Of a stretch of 64,000 bases of DNA, positions 10,801 to 24,000 are shown in pieces. Numbering within the stretch: the first letter of the stretch is position 1; each line of letters begins with the position of its first letter. This DNA comes from Bugula neritina (Eukaryota > Animalia > Bryozoa), in NCBI GenBank assembly GCA_964035545.1, contig OZ037769.1, positions 2,294,001 to 2,358,000 of the forward strand, written 5' to 3'. The position numbers and the translations under genes were made by a program. Under the pieces are notes generated by a model, which saw nothing but the letters and a program-made list of their open reading frames with translations, ran no database searches and was not told where the DNA came from.

Positions 10801-12429
10801 TCCAGGAAAGCACTGCATGCTTCTATAAAACTGTGAAAGTGGTATTTATTTGTGTATTGATAAATGATGCAACTATTTTAGATAGGCATAAACATAATGA
10901 TTGATTTACTAGCATCAGGAAAAGCCGCATAAAAATATTGTAAATAATGATGAATCAAAAACTGACAGCACAAGGGTAAATATAAACACAGTTACTTATT
11001 AGCTAACACAAAACAGAAGTTGGAAAGTACTGCATAATAATAGCTATAAGATTAACTCCCTGACTATTGTTCATGCTGAGGAAGTAGTGACAGCTATAAG
11101 GAGTTCATCTGCTTTAGATTAGAGGTTATGGACTTTCAATAGAAGAATAATTTAATCATTAATATTACTAAGACACTGTTCAATGTCCAATAGTAATTGT
11201 ATTAGAGTATGTGTATTATTGGAGAAGTTACATCATGCCGTGACAGAGAAAAGTAAAGGAACTAATGCATATTATCTGAGGTGGTTGTATTGGTTGCAGA
11301 AATTACTTAGCCTTGCAAGCTTCTAAGTTATTAGAAAAGCTATAAATACATTTAATGTATCTATAGCTTAGCTAATATATATGTAAGCAATACAAAATTC
11401 AATGCAGCCTAAACCTATTCATAAAGCTGTAGAGTATATGGCAGGTTTGCAGTAAGACAACTTCAACTTATTAGCAAAATGTGAAATAAGCTATGGGGCT
11501 GAAATAGTAGTGAATGTATAGAAAGGGTTAACGTTTACACTAGATGTATAGGGTTGTGCTAGTGTTTAGTGTATCACAAAAGAAGATTGAAAGGATGAAA
11601 GCGAGTTATATGCTAAAGCAAACATTCTTTAGCAGAAAAGAGCTTTTATATTGAGGTTTTCAAGTTAGCTATAAAATCTATTTAAACTGTTTTTTTAAAT
11701 AATGGAGCTATGTTTGTGTTGTATAACTGAGTAAAAAAAATATAATAATGAACTATAAAAAGATGGAAAGATTAATGCTGAATTCTCAAGCAAATATTTA
11801 TTTTAGGATTGAAAATAAATATATTTATTGACGACTGCAGAACATGTTATACAGTGGAGTAATAGATAGTAATTTCAGTATTACAATTTAAACATAAGCT
11901 ATTTAACCTAAATATTTCTATAGCTTTTTCTCTTTGAAAGCTCTTATTATAGCAACAATGTTATAATGCAATACCTTCTGCATAAAAAGAATTACTCTTT
12001 TGTGGTTCATAAGCTAACTTATATACCAAAGTAAGTTTAGAAATAAAAACAGAAAAAACATTATAACAGAAACAATAGACATAATTATTTGCATATGCTT
12101 ATTAGACAAAATGTAATAATCTATTCAAATTAATTTAATCTGCCAAAGATTGATAATCCAGTGGCTTGTTTGTAAAATAACTTTTCTTTCAAAGCTCACA
12201 AGTAGCGTAGGTTTATGCAGTATGATTACAACAAATATGATGTAATAATTATATTATATCATATAATATATTATATACTGATTATAATATCATAACTATG
12301 TATATTATTATATATTATATATATTATATTACATTTTGTAATTACTTTGCTGTCCTATATTATAAATAATTTAAACATAAAGTATAATAGCACGGACACT
12401 GTTTCTTAAACTTTGCTTTCAAATCAACC

Positions 12430-15400
12430 TCACACTTCTTTATCTGTCTCAGTTACAATCTGGGGTTCTGTAGAACCTTTAAGAAAGTCTGCCAAAAGCT
12501 CATACAGCTTCACATAACTTGCCTGTAACATAAAAATGCTGCATAAATTTTACCTTGGAAGATTCTTTTCCCAGCCCATTAGATTATATTATAGTCACTA
12601 CATAATATTAGATGGAGAAAATTTAGATTTTTATCTTTATTTTCTTAACTCATTGGTTTATATTTCAATTACTATATTATAATATTATATAAGAAAAGTT
12701 TTAACAAAATGCTGTAATACAAGCATGTCACATATTACATATACATATATATACAAAATAACATATTGCTTACCAGTGTGGTGACAAACTGAGGGCGTCT
12801 GAGTCTGGCCATCAGAACTGTATTGTACAGATCAACTTCCTGTTCAGCTTTCATCTTCTCAATTGCATTGTGGGAACAGATGAACATTCCACACTTGGCA
12901 CCTCCATCACTACAAGTTACTTATCAGCTTACAAAAGTAATCGTACATGGTATGCATCAATTGTTTTAAGATACGAAAAAACAATAAAGGTTTGACCATG
13001 GTGGGAAACTTCTAATTTAGTGAAAATTGTCAAAAGGAAGTCAAATGGATTTAGGATTTTGAATAATAGTAAAAAGCATTTGGGCACACTTACCAGCTAA
13101 TTATGCAAGTTTTGTGTTTTGTTTGCTGCTGTCCTTCTGTTTGCTGCTGTACTGCTGTTTGTTGCTGTCCTTCTGTTTGCTGATGTACTCCCTCAAGCAT
13201 TGTCATACATTTCAACAATGCTTTATTAGGAAGAAAATCTGCCTCTTTCCAATTTGTTATTAGAAACACTTGAACTGTTTTGACCTGAAAGAAAACAAAA
13301 CTGTAAACTAAAACTTTATATAATAATCAATGAGCGTTATGAATAAGTAAAGCTGTTGTATAACAACTTGTGTACAGATAAAAGTATAACATATTTCACT
13401 TTTCAAGATGCTATTGTAGTTTAGCACTCTAACTTTAATGTAATACTTATACCACTTCACTTTTCTTCAATTGTAGATCTATGAGGATTGTCTGCTCATT
13501 AGATTTGGTACAGAGTCTTTCAATGACAAAGTCTCCCAGGGTTAGAGAAGATTCACTGTCAGAGGCTGGATAAAATCGTTCTCTGCTCTGAAAATATCAG
13601 CAAAAAAGTAAACAATATTTTTATTCTCTTTATCCAACTGCTATTGCAAAAAATAAATAACATTAAATGTTGATAAGTTGTTATTTTTAGATCTAATGTA
13701 GTTTGAATTCTTATTATTTACCATAAATTAAACTGCTTTGAAGTCAACTGGGTAGAGAATTTGCTCAACGAATTACACAGGTTTACCATATATTTAGATC
13801 CTATAATCTGGAACATGCCAGTTACCAAATGAAATGCTAAGTATGCTAACAAATACCATGTTATCAAATTGAATATGCCAAAATAGATATATAAGCTGTT
13901 TTTGAGTAAAAGCTATTGCACAACATGCACAACATGTAATGTAGCAATGACTTTGTTTCTGAAGTTATTAAGATTAGCCGCAACATAGTTTATTTAAAAA
14001 GTGTTGCCAACTACAGTTCATAGCGAGTTGGTCTATCTCACTTTCCATAAATATCTAGAATTCAGCACCTTTTAATTAAGTTGTTATTGTTTCCAAATGT
14101 TATAAATGCAATTTCAACTTATTATAGATGTATGTCTCTTAATAAATGGGTATTTAGAACAAAATAACTTTAATAAATTTATGAAGAATAAACATCATAG
14201 TGCATTAGCAGTCATATAAATGTCACTTTATGTTTTTAACTAATCAGTACATACACCAGAGAGATCTAGCTGTACAATCACAGATACTCCATGTTCATCT
14301 ATCATTCGCCAGAAGTCAGTCCTGGCGTTCACCAGAGGTAGCTGAGTGGCAATAAACTGATTCTTCTTTCTGTAACTCTGTAAAATTTTATAATGATAAA
14401 TGATGTAAAGAATTGAATGAGGAGCATGTGATGTGTTTTCTGAAGTATAAAGAAAAATAGATTACTGCACGTGAATGAAAAGATGCATATAAAGCATATA
14501 CATGTAAAAGGAAAAGCAATATTGATAAATAATAGCTGCTGTAACTATTCTGCTATATCATTCATGCTGACAACTATTATAAAAAAGGCATACAAAGCAT
14601 AAAAACAAATAATTGGAAACACATTTAAGCTGCAATATTCTTTTCTATTTCACTCAAATTATTTTTTGTTATTTATATAATGTTTATTGGATGCACACGT
14701 TACATATAAATGGGATAAATTGACACAATGTTTTCAGTTGAATCAACTACCTACGTTTACAAACACAGCATTGATGTAACCACTGCCTGAAGATATCAAT
14801 GGTCTCAATGATCTCCCAGTTGTGCCTGAAACAAAACAATAAGATACTAGACGCTATAGCTGAGGTTGTTCAAATTACAAACTTAAATATTATAATCCAA
14901 ATATTAGCTGGGCGATACCAGTTATAACAGTTATGTTACTCAAATGCTGTTTTGCTCAAATTACTTTGTTGTTTCTGCCAATGCTGCAAAACTAGATGCT
15001 ATAGTTTTGAAGCATGAAATAAAATATTGTTTTCAAATCTGCATCAACAACTTGGGACATTACAGTACCCAACAGAACCATTTGGTTCTTTTTGTTCTTG
15101 TTAGATGATAAACTTTTGAAAATCATAAATTATGATACCGAAGTATAGTATAATTTAATTTACCAACAGAAAAAATCAACAAAATAACAAATTATAACTT
15201 AAAGTACATAGTTTTAACAAAAGCATTTTTATTAAAATTCAAGTGCTGCACACGTAATACAAACGTTACTAAGCGCTAGACTGGCTGATGGTGGTAGTAA
15301 GTCAGTACCCTTACCTTTATCCATGTCTTCTTTCATTTCTCCTTTATCTGCATCCAACGTATGCTTCTTCACAAGTTCCTCAATTTGCTAAGAATAGTTA

Positions 15401-17941
15401 AAACACATTTGAAATCGGTTCTATGCAGTTTATTTTAAACACCGCACATTATAATAATGCAAAGGAATAAGAATTAAAACTCTTACCTGAAACTCTTCCA
15501 CAACCTTCCCAGCCATGCTAAGATACTCTGTGTTGTCTGGTGAGGTGAGACCTGCCACTTTTCTGTCTAGCTCAATAGGAGTGCAGATGTATTTAGACGT
15601 TGTCAGGACTTCATTGACAACATGATGAAGAAATATATATTCCTCCTAAAACACCCACTCTTTTTTATATTATGTTCATAAGCAATACATTCACCTCAGA
15701 TAATTACTATTGTAGAATCAATGTACCGGATAATAACTGTGTATTTTGTCAATTTAATTTTTTTGGCTTGCATCGCTGTTTTTAATATCAAATGAGAGTT
15801 CGAGTTTAATATATTTCTTGATTAAAGTTTTTTAATAAAGCTGATGATTGCTTTTATTATAGGTACGCTATTACTTCTATTTAGCTATTATATCTTACAG
15901 TATAATTAATTACCTCTGTCTGAATTATATGTAGCCGGCATTCTTTCATCAATGTTACACATTTGTAGAAATCAATGTGTTGATGGAAGTGTGCTTGATC
16001 TAGTAGATTACTCATGGCTATAAATATGCCTGTTCTCCCAACACCTGTGCTGCAATACAGACACATGTGTATAATGGTGACAAAATATTTGGTAATAAAA
16101 GTTCATAAATCCTACGTTTTTTTTTCTAAGCTTTACCTGCAGTGAACGAGAAGGGGTCCATCTATTCTGTAAGTCTCAGTCTTGATCTTCTTGTAGAAGG
16201 AGATGAAAGGACTCATAGTATCTGGTACACCGTGATCTGGCCAGGCCGTGTAGTGGTACTGTCTAACTCTTCTCTTCTCACCATTCTGAAGTAAATTCAA
16301 TGTAGAGAGAAAATTTTTAAATTATTACAATTACAAATAAAAGCGCATTGTGTATAATCATATGATCTGTTTTTAAACATTTTTTATTTATTCAAACAAA
16401 AATTGCAAAGAAATTGTTATTTATTTATTTTTCATTTGTTTAACTTTTCTAACTTTTTAAATTTTTTTTTTGAACGAAAAATCTGGGTACCCAGACTACT
16501 CAAGGGGTGGAGGGTTATGAAAGAAATTGTTAATTGAAGTTTCACTGCAAGCATGGCATACTTGCACATGAAGTGCAACATTTTTTCAAAAGTCTGCATA
16601 CTGATGAGAAAATCAACTGTCACAGTTTACCTTTGTTACTTCAAACACTCTAACCACGTAGTCAGTCCACTCTTCATAGGATACGTAGCATACTGTGATG
16701 TCATCATAACTAGACTCTGCTGTGAGGTTCTGTGGCCAATACTGCTCACATTTCACCTGTAAGTTGGTAAGCAATTCTTTCAAGTCAATACTTTATAATG
16801 CTTTTTGAATTTGTATCAGATAATCAGCCATCTAGACAAGCAGATGTATAAAATGTTTTATTTTAATAATTGCATGTACATAATTTTCTCACATGTGTTT
16901 TATAGTCACTATCTATATGTGAGAAATTCTTAACAATCATATTACTCTAAATTGGACTGAGGACTAATTATTTCTCAAGTAAGCCTAGGGCCACAGGGTG
17001 TGTATTTTCGCATGCGAAAATTGAAATCACAAGTAGCAAAGATGTCCACTGTACGCGTTGAGAAGACATTCGCACTTGTCGATCAGCATTCCCAACGCAA
17101 GTGCAAATCGTCTCTGTCGTCGTCACCTGGTAGTTATTCAGCAAGCCCAATTTCTTCATTTTAGTGCTACATGCCAGTAAATTGCGTTTTATTGAAAGCG
17201 AGTGCGATTTAAAAATGAAAGCTTTATTTATCATGCATCACTGACGCTACAGTGGACACCTTTGCTACTTGTGATTTCAATTTTCGCATGTGAAAATACG
17301 CACCGTGTGGCCCTAGGCTAACAAAGGGGTAGTTATAATGACTGAATGCTCTTCTTTACATCACTCCAGTGTTTGAACTCCAGCTACTGTCCTCGTGTTT
17401 ACTGGGCCAGTGCTCTAACCTCTAGACCACAGCTGCTCCTTTGTAAATTGAACATACATATGTACTATTTTAGAATTTAGATAAATGAATAAATAATAAT
17501 ATTCACCTTTCCTCTTTCAATGATATTTGTTATCATAACAATAGCCTCAACTCCCTGCTGCCAAATCATCAGCCAAAAGTCATCTACAGTATTCTCCATT
17601 GGACCTGTAATATATTTATATGTTTAGAACAAAACTTTAACGTTTCATGATTTGTAAAAAAAATTTTTTGCTGTCTTTATTGCATTTTCTTGTCAAATTT
17701 TACAAAAGAAAAGTATAAAGCTAATCCACACGCAGACACACTCGCAGACACACGTATATACATGTGTTTATTTATGTGTGCGTGTATAAAATTGTGTATA
17801 ATTTACCAGTAAAAAAGTTCAATGCAGTGCAGAGCAAAATGAATAAAAGTGATGAGCGATAAAATTTGATTTAAAAGACCTCATTACTATTCGTTTCATG
17901 TGCATTATACATACGCAATATAAAAGCAAGATGAAATGTTA

Positions 17942-18008
<67 letters not shown>

Positions 18009-21000
18009 CTGAATTTTAATACAATGTATTATCTACCATAAACCTACCTTGTGTTGCAATAAACAGGCTGGTCGTTTTGAGAAAGAATTTCTGAAAAAAG
18101 AAAATAAATGTTAGACAAATTATTGTTGCAATTTTTTTTATTTTAAGCAACAGATCAGTGATACTGGTTTATATTTTTTATAAAAGTTACAATTTTATAA
18201 TGTTTTGCCTAACTTTCAATATTATACTAACTTCAATATTATACTAACTTCAATATTATACTAACTTCAATATCACATTTACTTCAATATTACACTTACT
18301 TTAATATATCATACTTACTTCAATGTATGTAGCATTAATGTAGTCAGAGTGCTCAGAAGTTTGTCTTTGAAGTTTTACTCTCGTCTCATTAGCTGAAAAT
18401 AGTTAATAATTAGAGGTGTGTGTAATGACTCATAAACCATACAGAGGCAGCAGACAAAACTTCAAGAGAAACAACCTGTGTCTTACGCACCTCAAAGTTT
18501 TCCACATAATTTTGAAATTTTACCTGATATAATTTAAACTACCAAAACCAGTACTATAAAGTGTGTTTTAATGGTAGCATCATAAATTTGTTTTCATTAG
18601 CATTTTGAAAGTTAACAACTATTAATTAGCTATCCGGATTGTTTTAATTATCAATAAAACTGAAGTGAAACAACACAAACTACTGAAAAACACTGCATTT
18701 ACCTGGATAAACACCTCTGTATCTGTTCTTGCTTTTATTAGAAGGAAGTTCAGCAACTGACATCACCGGCTGAGGCAGGTTACCAAAACTCTAAAACTCA
18801 GACATAATTTTACTGAAAGCATCTAGTCTTATCTGTATATTGCATATTGTATATTGTATATTGTACATTGTATATTGCATATTGTATATTGTATATTGCA
18901 TATTGTATATATTGTATATTGTATATTGTATATATTGTATATTGCTGTATATTGGGAATTGTAATGAGATGACATGATTTGTTAAACTAATCTTTAAAAA
19001 TTTATTTTAATCTAATGCAGTCTTTGAGTACCTCAAATTGTTTCCTGATAAACTTGTCATCCTTTATGTACTCTTGTAGTTTGATAGTAGGAATTGAGGT
19101 CAGCTCCACTTCATCATAGGATGTTTTATTTTTAGCTGCTTCAGTAGAGCATTCTGGGATAGTGGCATACGCTGCTTCTAAATAATAAAAAAACATTTTG
19201 TTAGTTTTAAGCTTTAATTAATTTTTGCTTTTAATTATTACTTCAAAGATTTCATACAACTTTTTACATTACATATAAGATTTATACTAAAATTATTAGG
19301 TAATTTTCATTATAAGTTACAAAGGTGTTAAATGTATAATTTAAGCAAATATTTTGCTTTATAGATATAAACTGCTTGTCTGACTTTTTTCTCTTCAAAT
19401 GTTAAGCCAGATAAATAGCCGTGTAAACTTGTGCAAACAATTGTATTCTATTAAACTTTTGTGAAGTATTGTGAATAAACATTTATATAAGAGAAAAGTA
19501 TGCTTTCAGCCAGTTGTTTCTATGAATTCATTAAATCATGCAACAGCAATTTGCTGACAGTTGTTCCATCAGAAAACATTGAATAAGCTGAATAAAATTA
19601 TGAAAAATTCTATTTTATAAGTATACATGCATCATGCAAGGATGGTGTAAACTATAAAGGTTTTATACTTTGTTTTGAACTTAATACAAATTTTGATACG
19701 CAACAGTTCAAAATAGTACCATACCATTTAGCTGTTTAGATCTTTCAGAAAGTTCCAGAGCTTGGTATTCATTTGGTCTATTTGCAGACGCAGACTCCTT
19801 TTTAGTTTTGTTTGCAGAAATGTTTCTAAAAAAAAGAATATTAACAAAATTATTTCAATTCCTATATAGGATAACTATAAACAAATGTATAAAAACAATA
19901 CCTACGCTCTGTAATAAAATAGCTGCAATAGATCATGATGCTTAAGATATATAAATAGTTATGACTTGTACATGAATAGGGCAGTTTCAAAAAGGAAAAC
20001 CGTCAACTAAGCCTTTATAAACTAATCTAAGTCAGCCATTATACATTTGCATACTTTAAAAAACCTGTTTTAAAACTTAAAAATTCTGACGCAGAATGTC
20101 CCAATATTATATGATCTACTATTTTCTCAGAGCTAATTCTATTAAACCAACTGCTATATATATCCACTGTTTTAATAAATATATTATATTTTTTTCTTTT
20201 TAATCTCTTCTGATTTTTTGCTCAAAATTAGTTTAAAAGAGTTAGAAGTTTTAATAAAAGATAGTGAAGAACTTTGCTTTATAGTGAAAATGTTATACGA
20301 ACATTATTAGCACACCTATATTAAAATTAATTTCAAGAAAAGAAAACTGAAAACAGTATATATTAAAACAGTAATTTAGATTTCTTTTTATTAATAGAAT
20401 TATAATAAGTTTACCTACCGCCTTCTCTTAATCAGCACCACAAGAAGTACAACTCCAACTAACAGGACAAAAGCAGAGACAGCTATAGCAACTATACAAC
20501 TTAGACCACATACTGGATCTGTAAGTAAATAGTATAAACATTATATTTAAATTATATTTTGAGCAATAAAATATCAACAACTTGTACTTTTTCAACCCAT
20601 AAATGTTGATGTTTATTGAAGTATTTGTGAATATTACGTTGTATTACTCATACATCACATTACATTACAGCTTTCAGAATGTTGACATTAAAAAGATAAC
20701 GCTGTTCTTACCTAAACGAACTGTGATTGCATCGTTATAATACTCAACCAGTACAAAGCCATCCTGTGGTAATTCAAAATAAGATTAACTAGCGGCAGAT
20801 CAAAAAACAACGGTAACAGTTTTTATCAGTTCTATTACTCAAAAAAACTGATTTTGAACACCATATAAGGAAGTCATAGCATTATTTTAAGAGAAATATT
20901 TTTTCAAATGCAATTATTGTTTTGTGTCGAAATGCAGCAGCTTTCATCTAAAAAAGACATTGCTCTTTTTTATCAAAAGCTAGTTATGAAATAAAGGTTA

Positions 21001-24000
21001 ATTTTTTGACAATTTAATAATAATTTTATGACTCTGTTCAAACTGTAATCAACCAACCTTTAGGTTTGATGCATTGAATAATTAAGTTACATATCTACTA
21101 TAATTAGTAATACTATAGCTGGTGGAAAGATATGATAAAATGACATGAAACAATGTTTATAATGCATTTAGTAGCATAACCAACTAGATAAATATCTCAG
21201 TACCTCCATCTGTACTGTAACAGCCTGGTATATCTTATAGTCTTGGTTTGGTTCCAGTGGTGCATTATAATAGTCTTGATATGTCTTTCCATCTCCAACT
21301 CTGAAGTCATACCCATCACTATCTACTAGAGAACTGTCAATCTCTGCTGTTATGTAACAATCTGGGTCAAGGTCACATTCTGGTGGTAGTTGGACAGATG
21401 ATCTTTTCTTTCTCTTACTTGTTGATGTCTCTTTTTGGACAACAAACACGTAGGAACTGGAATAATGAAGTAGAGGTAATAAGCAGCTGTGCATTATATA
21501 TACCAACAAACAGGTACAAGCTGAAATAACAATATAATAATATATGCCTGCATGTTTGTGTGCATAATATATTATATTGATAAAGCATTGATTAACTCAC
21601 TCTGGTTTCCTGTTGTCCAGTGTAACTTGAGGGACAGTAATTATAAAAGACTTTCCCTTATTCTTAGAATGCTTTAGCTCTGCTTTGTCTCTCTGTCTCA
21701 CTAAAGTTTAGTACAGATTTTATAGTTGACACTGAATATGTTACATCACTATATTCAGCTGTTTATTTGTAACTTGTTAGGAGTAAGTTAATTTATAGCT
21801 GATCTACTTAATACTTGAAACATACCTGCTATTTTAGTGTATCCTGTTTGTGAAGTCACTGGACTCTCTCCAGCACTGTTTATAGCCTTAGCACTGCAAT
21901 TCACTTTCTCAGCTGATCTGAATTCACACAGGCTAACTGGTTGTTTATCTGTTGCTAGGATACTTTGATAGATTCCTTCTTCTGTGTTGGCATAGTAACA
22001 AATGTACTAAAACATAAGTTTGGAAAATCGCAACAAAAGATTAAGTTTACAATAAAGCTGGTACTTTTATAAGTGACAACCATTTATTTCTCAAAGGCAA
22101 CTTTAATCTAAAGTAAATATAATTTTGTGTTTGTCCTACTCAACTTCCTACTCAACTTTTTCTGAACAGCAAATTATACATATGTAATAAAAGTTGACAC
22201 GTAGCATTAAGACCTAAAGTAGATATGATTTGATAGTTCAAGGTAGTCACAACATGCACATACATAACAAATGTTACAATTATTTTTATTTGCACAACTT
22301 TAAAAGCAACAAATGAGTTATTTCACCTGATACTCAGTGATGATGCCATTGGGTTGAGTTGGATCTTGAATAGTCAGATGAGCACAGCTCGTGTTAAAGT
22401 CTATAGAGAGACTTGGTCCATCATCTGGAGCTGCAAGTATATTGCATTGTTTTTACTACCCTACATTTTATAATATTCATTATACTTTATTCTAGTCTTC
22501 AAAAATTAACTAGTTGATTAGCTTAAAAATGATGGAGCTCAAAAAATAAGCTGCCTATTGCAAAAAATACATGCATCTGTAAAAAGATTTCCTGCATTAT
22601 TCATTTAGTTCATACTAAATTTAAATTTAATAATTTTGAAAATTACTTTAAAATTTTTTCAAAAATGTACTCAATATTCACATACCCAGCTCAGGTGTGG
22701 TGATGTAGCGAGGTTCTGCAGAAGATTGATTGAGGGCGTTGTTCACAGCTATCAGTATAATAGTGTAGTTAGTGTATGGATCTAAGTCTTCTAGAACTTT
22801 CTCTCTGGTCTCCTCAACTGAATATCTCTTATAGAAGATCTGTTGGTCATTGAGTTTTATAGTCAGATCATAGTGGGAGATGGAAGCACAGGCTGGGTAT
22901 GATTCCTAAAATTACAAATAATTACACTGTTACATATTAATTACTAACCAGCACTGTACTTATAGTGCCACTAAATAGAATATTTTGAAAATATGGTAAA
23001 GCTAGTAATTGCAATTCTTTAATAGTTGTTAAAAATGTTTGATCATTTGCAAGAAACTCAAATGAGCAAGTTTAGTGCTGGTCCCTACATAGGAATTTAG
23101 GTTTCAAATTTAAAATAGCTTCAGAATTTTTCTCTGTAAGTTAATTTTTGTTAGAGTACTTTGGTGTACAATCAGCTTTGAGTCTCCTTGCAAGCATGTA
23201 GCTTGTTAACACTATGTTTCAATGGTTTTCAACATACTTCCCAGGTTATCTTTAGCCTTATTCGCTCTCTTTCTATAGGTGTATGGGAAGATTCTACTAC
23301 GGAATATTCTGGAATAGATGGATCTGTAAAAGTAATAATAATAATAATAACATTCAATTCAATTTTAAAAGCATTTTAGAAGCTGGCTTTCTCACTATAT
23401 CTATATAATACAGTGCTTTAACTCTTACAGCAAATAATGATTTTTTAAAATTGTAAACCTATAAACTGTTATATATGATTAAATTTATATTTAAACGCAA
23501 AAGGCGTTTTAAATACCAATTCAAGATAACCATTGTAATACAACAAATGGTAAATTTTTTTATATTATATGCCAATTTTTAATACATGCAGGCATCAGTT
23601 GTTTAGTATATCATGGAAGAAATAGAAATCTGACCTGAAGTGTAATATTTTATATTTAAAGTGATTAAGTTTCATGCAGGTTTGTTTCAATACACATTAA
23701 TTTTTTCTAAACAAGGTGTACCTATAGTCTTAGCTCTCAAATGCAACCGTTTAAGAAAAGTATGCACAAGTTGAGTTTTTTATTTTTTCATTTTAATAAT
23801 GTTACAGACAATGAATTGCTTCACTTAAGCCACAAAACCATATATTGAGTGTTTATTTATAAGTATTAGTTTTGTAAGTTTGGAGATTAAGATTTCGTCT
23901 TGCATGATAGTGCAGATCGTAAGATGTAATTCTTAAATGTAAATATAATAATAAAATAATTATAGTGAAAGCCCTTCATTAACATTGAACATGTTATGGT

